Assembly: GCA_015065065.1 (NCBI GenBank)
Contig: SVQX01000002.1
Location: 10,233-74,232, forward strand
DNA: 64,000 nucleotides
Reading direction: 5' to 3'
Origin: Oscillospiraceae bacterium
GTDB taxonomy: Bacteria; Bacillota; Clostridia; Oscillospirales; CAG-272
This document shows, piece by piece, positions 37,865-51,438 of this stretch. Both the position numbers and the translations under genes were made by a program. Position 1 is the stretch's first letter. Every line of letters starts with the position of its first letter. The notes under the pieces are model-generated. The model saw only the letters and a program-made list of their open reading frames with translations, was not told the DNA's origin and made no database searches.

Positions 37865-38398
37865 ATGGGTAATTTTATTGATAACATCCGCACTCGTGCG
37901 TGGTGGAAAAATGCTCTCAGCCTCCTTTTTTGCGCTCTTGTTGTGGCAAATGTGTGTATTATTTTTTCGCTCTCTACCGAAACCGGAGAGCAGTCTGCCA
38001 ACAGAAGTGAGGGCGTTGCCGATATCGTGGCAGGTGTAATTGTGGACGGATATGACGAAATGGAAAGCTCGGAGCAGCAGGTACACGTTGATAAAATTCA
38101 AGTACCTATCCGACAGCTTGCCCACTTTTCGCTGTTTGCCTGCCTTGGAGCGTTGACAACTCTGCTGATTTGTTCGCTTGGTCTTAAAAAATGGTATTTT
38201 ACCATACTGATTCCCGCAATATTTGGACTTCTGAACGCGATTTTTGATGAGCTGCATCAGAATTTTTCTGCAGGTAGGGTTGCAGATGTTGCCGATGTAA
38301 TCACAGACATGGCAGGAGTTTTGGTGGCTGTGGCTATAATCAATCTGATTACCATTATCATTCGGCACTACTCAAAAAATAAGGGTGACGCCGCATGA
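37865..38398 (+). CDS. VanZ-family membrane protein
   Basis: 4 TM helices and a DELHQNFSAGRVADVADVITDMAG motif. Start at ATG 37865 after AAAGGAGG. Confidence 0.75.
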   Translation: MGNFIDNIRTRAWWKNALSLLFCALVVANVCIIFSLSTETGEQSANRSEGVADIVAGVIVDGYDEMESSEQQVHVDKIQVPIRQLAHFSLFACLGALTTLLICSLGLKKWYFTILIPAIFGLLNAIFDELHQNFSAGRVADVADVITDMAGVLVAVAIINLITIIIRHYSKNKGDAA

Positions 38399-39159
38399 GG
38401 ATAACGAGATATGACCTTACGACCTCAAAGCCGAATATCCGCTTTAAGGCGGCAGTAGTAGCCGACCTGCACGACATGGATTACAGCGAGGTACTTCCTA
38501 TACTTGAACGTGAAAGCGCAGATATGATCTTTATTCCCGGCGATCTTACCGAATCATTGGACTTAATAAATTCCAATAAGCCGAGGCTTGGCTTGGAATT
38601 TTTAAAGCGCATAACATCTGTCGCCCCAACATTTTATTCCTTCGGAAACCACGAGGTGGGAGCGTGCCACAAAAATCTGCGCCACGCATCAACTCTTTAT
38701 CCAAACAGGATAGCCGTTTTGCCCGAATGGCGCGAAATGATACTTTCGACGGGGGCAACTCTCCTTGATGAGGACTACGTAGTATATAACGACCTTGCTA
38801 TCGGCGGTTTGGGCTCTGGGCTGTTAAATCCGCGGCGAGTGCCCAAATATCAGTGGATAGAAAAATTTGCAAGTAATGATTGCTACAAAATACTTTTGTG
38901 CCATCAGCCGGAGTATTTTGACAGATATTTGCGTCCTTACGATATTGATCTTTTCGTATCGGGACATGCCCACGGAGGACAATGGCGGATCTTCGGGCGC
39001 GGAGTTTACGCACCCGACCAATCGCTCTTTCCAAAGTATACTTCGGGAGTTCACGAAAACCGACTCGTGATATCCCGCGGTGTATCCAATTCTGCACGTC
39101 CTATACCGAGATTTTTCAATCCGCGTGAGGTCGTTATCATTACCGTTCAAAGTAAGTAA
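38395..39159 (+). CDS. metallophosphoesterase (calcineurin-like)
   Basis: ADLHD, PGDL, GNHE and GHAHGG motifs in the canonical order. 4-nt overlap with the VanZ gene. Confidence 0.8.
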   Translation: MRITRYDLTTSKPNIRFKAAVVADLHDMDYSEVLPILERESADMIFIPGDLTESLDLINSNKPRLGLEFLKRITSVAPTFYSFGNHEVGACHKNLRHASTLYPNRIAVLPEWREMILSTGATLLDEDYVVYNDLAIGGLGSGLLNPRRVPKYQWIEKFASNDCYKILLCHQPEYFDRYLRPYDIDLFVSGHAHGGQWRIFGRGVYAPDQSLFPKYTSGVHENRLVISRGVSNSARPIPRFFNPREVVIITVQSK

Positions 39160-39197
39160 ATATTATTCCGCACAAGCGGTCGAGGGAGGTATATAAC

Positions 39198-40112
39198 ATG
39201 AGGAATCTGATCGACATTTTAGAGCTGTCCGTTGAGGAGATAGGCGAGCTTATTGAGATTGCAGATGATATTATCGAAAATCCCAATGACTATGCTCATA
39301 TCTGCAACGGTAAAAAACTGGCAACACTCTTTTTTGAGCCGTCAACGCGCACCCGTCTTTCATTTGAAGCGGCAATGTACGAGCTTGGCGGAAGCGTGCT
39401 TGGCTTTTCGGAGGCTAACAGCTCGTCTGCGGCAAAGGGAGAAAGTGTCTCGGATACCGTGCGTATCGTAAGCTACTATGCGGATATTATTGCTATGCGT
39501 CATCCAAAGGAGGGCGCGCCGCTGGTAGCGTCTGCGACATCTGACGTGCCCGTTATCAACGCTGGCGACGGAGGACACAACCATCCTACCCAAACTCTTA
39601 CCGACCTATTTACCATCAAACGCGAAATCGGACACTTTGACGGTCTTACCGTAGGCTTTTGCGGTGACCTTAAATTTGGACGTACCGTGCACTCGCTCCT
39701 GTGCGCTCTTGCAAGATATAAGAACGTCAAAATGGTATTTATCTCACCCGATGAGCTTAAAATGCCCGATTATCTTATAAACGAGGTGCTCATTCCCAAC
39801 GGAATAGAATACGTTGAGACCACCTCTCTGGATGCGGTAATGCCCGAGCTTGACGTGCTTTATATGACGCGCGTTCAAAAGGAGCGCTTCTTCAACGAGG
39901 CGGATTATATAAGACTCAAGGACAGCTATATACTGACTCCCGAAAAGCTTGCGAATGCCAAAGAGGATATGCGGGTGCTTCATCCTCTGCCGCGTGTCAA
40001 CGAGATAGCGAATACGGTAGATAAGGATCCGCGCGCGGCGTATTTCCGCCAGGCAAAGAACGGCAAATATATTCGCATGGCGCTTATCCTCAGATTGCTG
40101 GGACTTAAATAA
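39198..40112 (+). CDS. pyrB: aspartate carbamoyltransferase catalytic subunit
   Basis: [17 protein letters not shown] and HPLPR motifs. Confidence 0.95.
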   Translation: MRNLIDILELSVEEIGELIEIADDIIENPNDYAHICNGKKLATLFFEPSTRTRLSFEAAMYELGGSVLGFSEANSSSAAKGESVSDTVRIVSYYADIIAMRHPKEGAPLVASATSDVPVINAGDGGHNHPTQTLTDLFTIKREIGHFDGLTVGFCGDLKFGRTVHSLLCALARYKNVKMVFISPDELKMPDYLINEVLIPNGIEYVETTSLDAVMPELDVLYMTRVQKERFFNEADYIRLKDSYILTPEKLANAKEDMRVLHPLPRVNEIANTVDKDPRAAYFRQAKNGKYIRMALILRLLGLK

Positions 40113-40126
40113 AGGGGGCTGAATTA

Positions 40127-40543
40127 ATGATTATCGGAGCTATAAAAAACGGAATCGTGCTTGACCATATAACCGCAGGTCGAGCTATGGAAATATACGA
40201 CGTCCTGCGCCTCGGCGACCTTGAGTGTACCGTAGCAATTATCAAAAATGCGGACAGCGTTAAGAAAGGCAAGAAGGATATCCTCAAGATCTTTGAGGTG
40301 ATCGATCTTGACCTTGACGTGCTTGGATATATCGATCCGGGTATTACCGTAAATATCATTCAGGACGGAAAGGTGGTCAGCCGCAAGCATCTTGAGCTGC
40401 CTGACAGAGTGACCAACGTAATCAAGTGCAAAAATCCCCGTTGCATAACCTCCACCGAGCAGGGAATCGACCAGATTTTCAAGCTCACCAACCGTGAAAA
40501 AGCAATTTATCGCTGTATGTACTGCGAATCCAAGGCAAAGTAA
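40127..40543 (+). CDS. pyrI: aspartate carbamoyltransferase regulatory subunit
   Basis: IKNGIVLDHI, with C-terminal zinc motif CKNPRCIT...YRCMYCE. Confidence 0.9.
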   Translation: MIIGAIKNGIVLDHITAGRAMEIYDVLRLGDLECTVAIIKNADSVKKGKKDILKIFEVIDLDLDVLGYIDPGITVNIIQDGKVVSRKHLELPDRVTNVIKCKNPRCITSTEQGIDQIFKLTNREKAIYRCMYCESKAK

Positions 40544-40550
40544 ATAACAC

Positions 40551-40590
40551 CGCCGAGAGCGACCAAACGGCCGCTCTCGGCGCTATCTTT
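40551..40590. terminator. bidirectional intrinsic terminator (pyrI / eno)
   Basis: About 14-bp GC-rich stem CGCCGAGAGCGACC / GGCCGCTCTCGGCG (1 mismatch) with loop AAAC and a T-rich tail. Confidence 0.75.
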
Positions 40591-40592
40591 AT

Positions 40593-44046
<3,454 letters not shown>

Positions 44047-44181
44047 AGAGCTGAAACCCAATGTTGCCGTTTCACGCCCAAATTCGACCTTAATATGGAC
44101 GAGGCCCATATTTGTCGCAAAGACACGGTCGAATTTCAAACGACATTTGTGCCGCCGCAGAGCGGCGGGATGGAGATTAAT

Positions 44182-44658
44182 ATGAAAAATAATGAAATCA
44201 ACTTAAAGCCTGCCGTTGTCCGCGTAAGGCTTGCCGATGCGCTCAACGCATTTTTCATGCTTATGGTAGCTGTTGGGTTAGTGTTTGTCCTGCTTGTCAT
44301 GGAATGGCAAAATTGGTCGGCGGGTGTCGTCGGTTCAATACTCTCAACCATTCTTGCGGTAGTGGCTTGTCTCTGCGTTTTTGACGTGGCTGTCCTGCTG
44401 ACCGCATGCATGACGGTGTCCGAGGGTGCTATCAACGCAGGCAAGAATAAATACGGTGAGGTTATGCTGTTTCACATTGAGGAAATAGCCGAAATCAACC
44501 TTTGCGATAAGCACGGTCAACCCGTGACTGCGGGAAAACGCGCTTATAGGAATGCTGATCTTAACTTCGTTATGAAAAGCGGTCGCGTCAACACCCGCCA
44601 CTTTGAGCGGATTACATCAAAGCAGCTTGAAAGCATAAAGAAAGCTTGCGGATTTTAA
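44182..44658 (+). CDS. hypothetical two-TM membrane protein with PH-like C-terminal domain
   Basis: ATG 44182 lies 6 nt after GGAG. Two hydrophobic helices are followed by a roughly 80-aa soluble tail. No family recognised with confidence. Confidence 0.55.
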   Translation: MKNNEINLKPAVVRVRLADALNAFFMLMVAVGLVFVLLVMEWQNWSAGVVGSILSTILAVVACLCVFDVAVLLTACMTVSEGAINAGKNKYGEVMLFHIEEIAEINLCDKHGQPVTAGKRAYRNADLNFVMKSGRVNTRHFERITSKQLESIKKACGF

Positions 44659-44676
44659 AGTTATCAAGGGGATATT

Positions 44677-47517
44677 ATGCAATCTTCCATTATCATCAAA
44701 GGAACGCGAGTTCACAACCTTAAAAATCTGGACGTAGAGATCCCGCGCGAAAAGCTGATTGTCCTTACGGGACTTTCGGGCTCGGGAAAATCTTCGCTTG
44801 CGTTTGATACTATATACGCCGAGGGTCACAGGCGCTTCGTGGAATCCTTATCGTCCTACGCCCGTATGTTTCTCGGTCAGCTTGACAAGCCCGACGTCGA
44901 TTCCATAGACGGGCTTTCTCCCGCTATTGCTATCGACCAGAAAACCACCTCCAAAAACCCGCGCTCGACCGTAGGTACTGTAACCGAAATATATGACTAT
45001 CTGCGCTTGCTTTACGCTCGCGTGGGCGTTGCGCACTGTCCGATATGCGGCAAGGAGATACGCCAGCAGACGGTTGACCAGATCATCGACAAAATACTGA
45101 CGCTTCCCGAGGGGACGCGCTTCATGGTGCTGTCGCCCGTTGTGCGTGCACAGAAGGGTATGCATGAAAAAGTGCTTGCAGACGCAAAGAAAAAGGGATA
45201 CGTGCGCGTGCGTGTTGACGGAAGCATCTTTGATCTGTCCGAGGAGATAAAGCTGGATAAAAACAAAAAGCACAGCATTGAGATAGTCGTTGACCGACTC
45301 GTTATGCGCGATGGCATACGCCCGCGTCTCTCTGATTCGATTGAAAATGCCCTGTCTGCGGCAGAGGGACATCTGCTTATCGTTACAGTGCCGCGCGACG
45401 GCGAGGAGGAGAGGGAAATGTCCTTCTCGCAGAGCTATGCCTGCGAGGAGCATGGAATATCCTTTGGAGAGCTTGAGCCGCGGATGTTTTCCTTCAATAA
45501 TCCGGCAGGTGCTTGCCCCGTGTGCGCGGGTATAGGCGATATGCAGCGAGTTGCCGTAAACCGCCTCATTCCACATCCCGAAATGTCCCTGCGACAGGGA
45601 GCTATTCAGGTAAACGGATTTAAGACGTTGGAGAGAGAAAGCTGGAACGGTCCGCTTTTTGAAGCGGTTGGTAAGAAATTCGGCTTTGAAATGTCACAGC
45701 CTGTAAATACCTTCAGCAAGGATGCCCTCGACGTGCTTTACTACGGCTCGGGCGACGAAAAATACGATATCGTGCGTTATTTCGGCGGCGAGGCTCACAG
45801 ACAAAAGATCACCTTTGACGGCATTGTTGCCATGATAGAGCAGCGTATGGCTCAGGGAATGAATCGCGATTACTACGAGCAATTCGTGGAAGAGGCGTCA
45901 TGTCCTGAGTGCCACGGAAAGCGTTTATCAAGAAATTCGCTTGCCGTGACCGTTGGAGGTATCAACATTGACGAGCTTTGCAATCTGTCTATAAAGGAAG
46001 CACTGAATTTCATAGAAAATCTTGTCCTTGAAGGCAGTGATGCGGTTATCGCGAAGGAGATCGTCAAGGAGATACGTGCGCGACTCGGATTTCTTGTCAG
46101 CGTTGGACTTGACTATCTCACACTCGCTCGTAAGGCAGGCTCGCTTTCGGGCGGCGAAGCGCAGAGAATACGTCTTGCAACGCAAATAGGCTCGTCGCTC
46201 ACGGGAGTTTTGTATATCCTTGACGAGCCGAGTATAGGTCTGCATCAGCGCGATAACTCGAAGCTTGTTGCCACCCTCAAAAAGCTACGCGACCTTGGAA
46301 ATACCGTTATCGTAGTCGAGCATGATGAGGAAACCATGCAGGAGTCTGATTATCTTGTGGATATCGGACCTGGTGCGGGGATACACGGAGGATATGTGGT
46401 AGCAGCAGGCACTCCCAATGAGGTAATGCAGTGTGAAGGCTCTATTACGGGCGCGTATCTTTCAGGCAGGAAGAAAATAGCTGTTCCCGAAAAGCGGCGC
46501 GAGGGTAACGGAAATTTTTTGACCGTTCACGGCGCAAGAGAGCATAATCTCAAAAATATCGATGTTCAGATACCGCTTGGATGCTTTGTGTGCGTTACGG
46601 GTGTTTCAGGCTCAGGAAAATCCTCCCTTGTTAACGGAATCGTGTATCCCGTGCTTGCCGCACAGCTTAACCGTGCCACCACTTATCCGGGTGATCATGA
46701 CAAGGTAGAGGGAATTGAGCATCTTGATAAGGTGATAGCTATTGACCAGAGTCCCATTGGACGCACACCTCGCTCCAATCCTGCGACCTATACGTCACTG
46801 TTCAATGATATTCGCGAGCTGTTTGCGCAGACCAAGGACGCAAAAGCAAAGGGCTTTACCGCAGGCAGATTTTCCTTTAATACCAAGGGCGGACGATGTG
46901 AAGCCTGCGAGGGAGACGGAGTTAAAAAGATAGAGATGCATTTTCTCCCCGACGTCTACGTCACCTGCGACGTGTGCCGCGGAAAGCGATACAACCGTGA
47001 CACGCTGGACGTGCATTACAAGGGCAAAAATATTTTCGACGTATTGGATATGACCGTGGAGGAGGGACTTTCCTTCTTTGACGGAATTCCTAAGATACAG
47101 CGCAAGCTTCAGACACTGTTTGACGTCGGACTTGGATATATTAAGATTGGTCAGTCGTCTACTACTCTTTCGGGCGGAGAGGCGCAAAGAGTCAAGCTCG
47201 CCACCGAGCTCGCACGTCGCGGAACGGGTAAGACCATCTATATTCTCGATGAGCCTACGACGGGACTTCATACCGACGACGTTGCGCGACTCTTGACTGT
47301 TTTGCAGCGTTTGTGCGACGGCGGTAATACCGTGCTTGTTATTGAGCATAATCTTGACGTTATCAAGTGCGCTGATCACATCATTGACCTCGGCCCCGAG
47401 GGCGGAGTGAATGGCGGAACGGTGGTTGCGACCGGAACTCCGGAGGAGATTGCTAAGATTGAATGCTCCTACACGGGAGAATTTCTGAAAAAACAGCTTG
47501 CTGCCTCCAAAAACTGA
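44677..47517 (+). CDS. uvrA: excinuclease ABC subunit A
   Basis: Two ABC modules ([18 protein letters not shown]; LSGGEAQR twice) and zinc-finger Cys quartets. Confidence 0.95.
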   Translation: MQSSIIIKGTRVHNLKNLDVEIPREKLIVLTGLSGSGKSSLAFDTIYAEGHRRFVESLSSYARMFLGQLDKPDVDSIDGLSPAIAIDQKTTSKNPRSTVGTVTEIYDYLRLLYARVGVAHCPICGKEIRQQTVDQIIDKILTLPEGTRFMVLSPVVRAQKGMHEKVLADAKKKGYVRVRVDGSIFDLSEEIKLDKNKKHSIEIVVDRLVMRDGIRPRLSDSIENALSAAEGHLLIVTVPRDGEEEREMSFSQSYACEEHGISFGELEPRMFSFNNPAGACPVCAGIGDMQRVAVNRLIPHPEMSLRQGAIQVNGFKTLERESWNGPLFEAVGKKFGFEMSQPVNTFSKDALDVLYYGSGDEKYDIVRYFGGEAHRQKITFDGIVAMIEQRMAQGMNRDYYEQFVEEASCPECHGKRLSRNSLAVTVGGINIDELCNLSIKEALNFIENLVLEGSDAVIAKEIVKEIRARLGFLVSVGLDYLTLARKAGSLSGGEAQRIRLATQIGSSLTGVLYILDEPSIGLHQRDNSKLVATLKKLRDLGNTVIVVEHDEETMQESDYLVDIGPGAGIHGGYVVAAGTPNEVMQCEGSITGAYLSGRKKIAVPEKRREGNGNFLTVHGAREHNLKNIDVQIPLGCFVCVTGVSGSGKSSLVNGIVYPVLAAQLNRATTYPGDHDKVEGIEHLDKVIAIDQSPIGRTPRSNPATYTSLFNDIRELFAQTKDAKAKGFTAGRFSFNTKGGRCEACEGDGVKKIEMHFLPDVYVTCDVCRGKRYNRDTLDVHYKGKNIFDVLDMTVEEGLSFFDGIPKIQRKLQTLFDVGLGYIKIGQSSTTLSGGEAQRVKLATELARRGTGKTIYILDEPTTGLHTDDVARLLTVLQRLCDGGNTVLVIEHNLDVIKCADHIIDLGPEGGVNGGTVVATGTPEEIAKIECSYTGEFLKKQLAASKN

Positions 47518-47547
47518 AAATGATTGACGCGAATATTTGAAAATCTA

Positions 47548-47576
47548 TTGACTTTTCAAGCAAAATCCTGTATAAT
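47548..47576 (+). promoter_or_regulatory. sigma-A promoter for the isomerase-type gene pair
   Basis: TTGACT (47548-47553), 17 nt, TATAAT (47571-47576). Confidence 0.55.
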
Positions 47577-47612
47577 GTAGTCACTGAATTTCTTAATGTA
47601 AAGGAGAAAGGT

Positions 47613-48470
47613 ATGTATAATTTTCCTATCGGTGTAATTCTCGATTCTTTCCTTATACCCACAAAGGATGCAGTTCTTAAAGCGGCTTCCATGGGAGTTG
47701 ACGGAATCCAGATGTACTGCACAAAGGGAGAGAACGCTCCCGAAAATCTCGTTGGCGAAAAGCGCACCGAGCTGCTCAAGCTCGTTAAGGACTCAGGTCT
47801 GCGTTTTTCCGCTATTTGCGGCGACCTTGGACGCGGCTTCGGTAATGCTGAGCTTAATCCTGAGCTTATCGAAAAGTCCAAGCGTATTCTTGATCTTGCG
47901 AAGGATCTGGAGTCGGATATCGTTACTACCCATATAGGAGTAGTACCTGAGGATCCTACCCACGACAGATATAAGATCATGCAGGAGGCTTGCTATACTC
48001 TTGCCGAGTATGCTGACTCTATCGGCTCTCATTTCGCTGTTGAAACGGGTCCCGAGACCTCCGCAACCCTCAAGGCTTTTCTTGATTCTCTCGGCGGAAC
48101 TCGCGGTGTCGGCGTAAACCTTGATCCCGCAAACCTCGTTATGGTTACAGGCGACGATCCCGTTGGCGCAGTCCACAATCTTAAGGACTACATCGTACAT
48201 ACCCACGCCAAGGACGGCGTTATGCTCAACCGCGGCAACCCCGAGTTTATTTATCAGGTGGTTCATCCGGTTCCTCAGGACTTCTGGAGTGTTAAGTACT
48301 TTGAAGAGGTTCCGCTCGGAACTGGTAGCGTAGATTTCCCTGCATATCTCAAGGCACTTGAGGATATCGGCTATCGCGGATTCCTTACCATCGAGCGTGA
48401 GGTAGGCGCTGATCCTGCGGCTGACATTCAGATCGCTATAGATCATCTCAAGGGAATCATTAATAAATAA
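47613..48470 (+). CDS. sugar phosphate isomerase/epimerase (xylose-isomerase-like TIM barrel)
   Basis: 285 aa with family-like blocks (AVETGPE, NLDPANL, HAKD, LTIERE). Substrate unknown. Confidence 0.65.
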   Translation: MYNFPIGVILDSFLIPTKDAVLKAASMGVDGIQMYCTKGENAPENLVGEKRTELLKLVKDSGLRFSAICGDLGRGFGNAELNPELIEKSKRILDLAKDLESDIVTTHIGVVPEDPTHDRYKIMQEACYTLAEYADSIGSHFAVETGPETSATLKAFLDSLGGTRGVGVNLDPANLVMVTGDDPVGAVHNLKDYIVHTHAKDGVMLNRGNPEFIYQVVHPVPQDFWSVKYFEEVPLGTGSVDFPAYLKALEDIGYRGFLTIEREVGADPAADIQIAIDHLKGIINK

Positions 48471-48492
48471 GATTTTCACGGAGGATTTGCAA

Positions 48493-49353
48493 ATGCGCAT
48501 ATCCGTAAGCTCTTATTCATTTCAGCAGCATATCTCTGCGGGGAAAATGACACTTTTTGATACCGTTCATACAGCCCGGGGGCTTGGGTTCGAGGCTATT
48601 GAGTTTCTTGATATGCCGGGAGCTGATTATAATGAGCAGATTGAAATTGCTCGTCGGCTTCGCGCTGAGGCGGATAAGTACGGTGTGAAGGTAATCGCCT
48701 ATACTATTGGTGCATGTCTTTATCACGATAACACCGAAGATTCCGTCAAAGAGGTGGAACGCCTTTGCCGTCAAGTAGATATTGCCGAGGTACTCGGCTG
48801 CACGGTTATGCGACATGATGTCTGTTATTCTTTGGGCAAATCAGGCAATTCTAGAAGCTTTGGTCTTATGCTTCCTACTATTGCCGCAAATGCTCGTGCT
48901 GTGACTGAATACGCCGCACCAAGAGGAATTATGACCTGCGTTGAAAACCACGGTTACATAGCGCAGGACAGCTATCGCCTTGAACAGCTTTTCAATGCCG
49001 TGGCTCACGATAATTTCGGATTGCTCGTTGACGTCGGCAATTTTGTCTGCGCTGACGAGAACCCAACTGCAGCTGTATCACGTGTCGCGCCGTATGCTGT
49101 TCACGTTCACGCAAAGGATATGTATTTGACGACAGAGTGTCTTGAGGGCTACGGTCAAACGCGCGGATGTAATTACTTTAAGGGAGCTATCGTTGGAGAA
49201 GGTGACGTAGACGTTGCAAAGTGTCTTGCAATTATTCACCGAGCAGGATATGACGGATATTGCTCCATTGAGTTTGAGGGCTCGGAGGATTGCATTGATG
49301 CTGTCCGCCGCGGTCGCGAAAATCTTATGAATATGCTAAAGCATCTTGCGTGA
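48493..49353 (+). CDS. sugar phosphate isomerase/epimerase (xylose-isomerase-like TIM barrel)
   Basis: Divergent paralogue-type fold (VENHG, DVGNF, HAKD, SIEFEG). ATG 48493 lies 8 nt after GGAGG. Confidence 0.65.
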   Translation: MRISVSSYSFQQHISAGKMTLFDTVHTARGLGFEAIEFLDMPGADYNEQIEIARRLRAEADKYGVKVIAYTIGACLYHDNTEDSVKEVERLCRQVDIAEVLGCTVMRHDVCYSLGKSGNSRSFGLMLPTIAANARAVTEYAAPRGIMTCVENHGYIAQDSYRLEQLFNAVAHDNFGLLVDVGNFVCADENPTAAVSRVAPYAVHVHAKDMYLTTECLEGYGQTRGCNYFKGAIVGEGDVDVAKCLAIIHRAGYDGYCSIEFEGSEDCIDAVRRGRENLMNMLKHLA

Positions 49354-49418
49354 TGCTTGGCACATTTGTAAAATTCCTGTAAATCATCAAAACAGCTATA
49401 TACAAACACAGCTTTTTA

Positions 49419-49427
49419 TGATATACT
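49419..49427 (+). promoter_or_regulatory. extended -10 element for the SRP RNA gene
   Basis: TG-A-TATACT. The -35 is weak (TATACA at 49399-49404). Confidence 0.45.
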
Positions 49428-49434
49428 ATAAGTA

Positions 49435-49740
49435 GTAAAACAGCAGCGTTCTGCTGTGAAAGTAGGCCATACCAGCCGGGGAAGCAGCGGAGCCTTGAAC
49501 CTGCAATCCGCTACAGCAGGGGTGGATCCCGTTTTTGAGGGTCGAGCTTTTCCGAATTGAGTTCTTTTATTTGTGTTGATAAGCGGGTCTTGCGCAATCG
49601 GGAGCCGTGAACCATGTCAGGTGGGGAACCAAGCAGCATTAAACGGTACACCTGATGTGCCGCGAGGGTGCCTGCTTTGAGCAAGTAGAGGAAAGATCGC
49701 GGGGTAGTGACATTCGAGATTACGGTGTATGGTCTTCTTT
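49435..49740 (+). ncRNA. ffs: signal recognition particle RNA, long (Bacillus/Clostridium) type; ends approximate
   Basis: The domain IV core GTCAGGTGGGGAACCAAGCAGC matches the conserved GUCAGGUCCGGAAGGAAGCAGC. It keeps the GGAA tetraloop (49625-49628) and has a compensatory CC/GG to GG/CC swap. The 3' side reads ACCUGAUG. The 5' AGGCCATAC pairs with the 3' GTATGGTCT. It lies directly upstream of dnaX, as in B. subtilis (scr-dnaX-yaaK-recR). Confidence 0.8.
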
Positions 49741-49741
49741 T

Positions 49742-49765
49742 GCGGCAGAGCGACTGCTGTTTTTA
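49742..49765 (+). terminator. probable terminator of the SRP RNA gene
   Basis: Short hairpin GCGGCAG-AGCGA-CTGCTGT followed by TTTTT. Confidence 0.5.
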
Positions 49766-49790
49766 ACTGCAATAGAGAGGAGGGAGTATT

Positions 49791-51407
49791 TTGCATCAGG
49801 CATTATACAGAAAATGGCGTCCCGAAACCTTTGACGACGTGTACGGACAGGATCATATCACGTCTGTGCTTAAATACGAGGCTATCAACGGAACGTTTTC
49901 TCACGCATACCTGTTCTGCGGCTCACGCGGTACGGGTAAGACCACTTGCGCAAAGATACTGTCCCGTGTGATAAATTGCCTTGATCCCAAGGACGGCAAT
50001 CCTTGCGGCAAATGCGCAGCTTGCCGAGCTATTGAGAGCGGTACGACCACGGATGTGCTTGAAATGGACGCAGCTTCGAATAACGGCGTTGAGGATATCC
50101 GCGACATCCGTGATGAGGTAGTTTACGCACCCTCCGACCTCAAATATCGCGTGTATATAATCGACGAGGTACACATGCTGTCCGTCAGTGCCTTCAACGC
50201 ACTGCTAAAAACGCTTGAAGAGCCTCCCGCGCACGTTGTATTTATTCTCGCAACCACCGAGCTGCATAAATTGCCCGCGACAATAATTTCGAGATGTCAG
50301 CGGTTCGATTTCCGCAGAATATCCACCGACGTGCTTGCATCGCGACTTGCTTATATTGCAGAGCAGGAGGGGCTCGTCCTGGATGCCGACGCCGCTCGAC
50401 TGATATCACGTCAGGCACAGGGAGGTATGCGAGACGCGATCTCCTTGCTGGAGCTGTGCGCAGGAAGCAGAATGCCTATCACTCCTCAGCTTGTTGACGA
50501 TACCATCGGCTCAATGGGCAGAGAGTCTATGATAAAGGTAGCGGGGGCGGTAGCCGAGCGTGACTTCGACGCCTTGTTTGAGGTCATTGACAAAACGGTG
50601 CGCTCCTCAAAGGATATCGCCATATTTTGGCAGGAGCTTATATCGCTTTACCGCGATATGCTGGTCGTCAAGACCACAAAAAACGCGTCAACCTACCTTG
50701 ACCTTACCGACGCGGAAACGCAAATGCTCGAAGCATGTGCGGCGAGCTTTACCCGTGAAACGCTCGTATATCACTGTAAGCTGCTTGATGAGGCACTTAT
50801 CACTATGCAAAAAGCCAACGCTGTCAAGCGTATAGTTGCTGAAATGACACTTGTGCGAATGTGCGATCCCGTGCTTGACACATCGGCTCAGGCGCTCCTG
50901 TCACGAATTGCGCGACTGGAGGAGGCTATTGCCTCGGGAGCCGTCACAGCACCGCAGACCAAGCCGAAAAAAGAAACCAAAGCAGTAGAGACTGAAAAAA
51001 TGTCCGAGCCTGCCATCACTCCCGAAATCATGCAGACGGTTGCCACGGCTGATAAATCAAACGCCAATGTTGAGCCTGCTTCGGATAAAACGAGAACCTT
51101 GCGCCCGATACGCGCGTGGAATGAGGTGGTTTCAAGGATAGCCGAGGGTCATCCCGTGCCTGCATCCTTTTTTAAGACTGCCAAGGCGTTCACTGCTGAC
51201 GACGGAAGGATTGTCATCAAATTCGAGGGTGATTTCCAGCGTATGATGGCGGAGCGCGACGGGGGACTCGACGCCATACGCGGTGCATTGTCCTTCTGCT
51301 TGCAAAAACAGATAACCCAAGCCGATATCGTTATCGAAACGCAAAGTGTTGCGCAAAGTGATGACACCTTGCTTGACCTGATACTCGATGCGGCTGACGA
51401 AGCTTAA
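49791..51407 (+). CDS. dnaX: DNA polymerase III subunit gamma/tau
   Basis: YRKWRP, GSRGTGKTT, zinc module CGKCAAC, and DEVHML. TTG start follows a strong AGAGGAGGGAG RBS. Confidence 0.95.
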   Translation: MHQALYRKWRPETFDDVYGQDHITSVLKYEAINGTFSHAYLFCGSRGTGKTTCAKILSRVINCLDPKDGNPCGKCAACRAIESGTTTDVLEMDAASNNGVEDIRDIRDEVVYAPSDLKYRVYIIDEVHMLSVSAFNALLKTLEEPPAHVVFILATTELHKLPATIISRCQRFDFRRISTDVLASRLAYIAEQEGLVLDADAARLISRQAQGGMRDAISLLELCAGSRMPITPQLVDDTIGSMGRESMIKVAGAVAERDFDALFEVIDKTVRSSKDIAIFWQELISLYRDMLVVKTTKNASTYLDLTDAETQMLEACAASFTRETLVYHCKLLDEALITMQKANAVKRIVAEMTLVRMCDPVLDTSAQALLSRIARLEEAIASGAVTAPQTKPKKETKAVETEKMSEPAITPEIMQTVATADKSNANVEPASDKTRTLRPIRAWNEVVSRIAEGHPVPASFFKTAKAFTADDGRIVIKFEGDFQRMMAERDGGLDAIRGALSFCLQKQITQADIVIETQSVAQSDDTLLDLILDAADEA

Positions 51408-51438
51408 AATTAAATCTATAAACACAAAGGAGAACATA

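Noticed and set aside
50967-50973. A6G run in dnaX, considered as a possible -1 frameshift site producing a gamma subunit
   Set aside because: In the dnaX frame the codons are CCG AAA AAA GAA, so the run is not in the A-AAA-AAG (X XXY YYZ) register. No obvious downstream stem-loop follows. Programmed dnaX frameshifting is not expected in Firmicutes.
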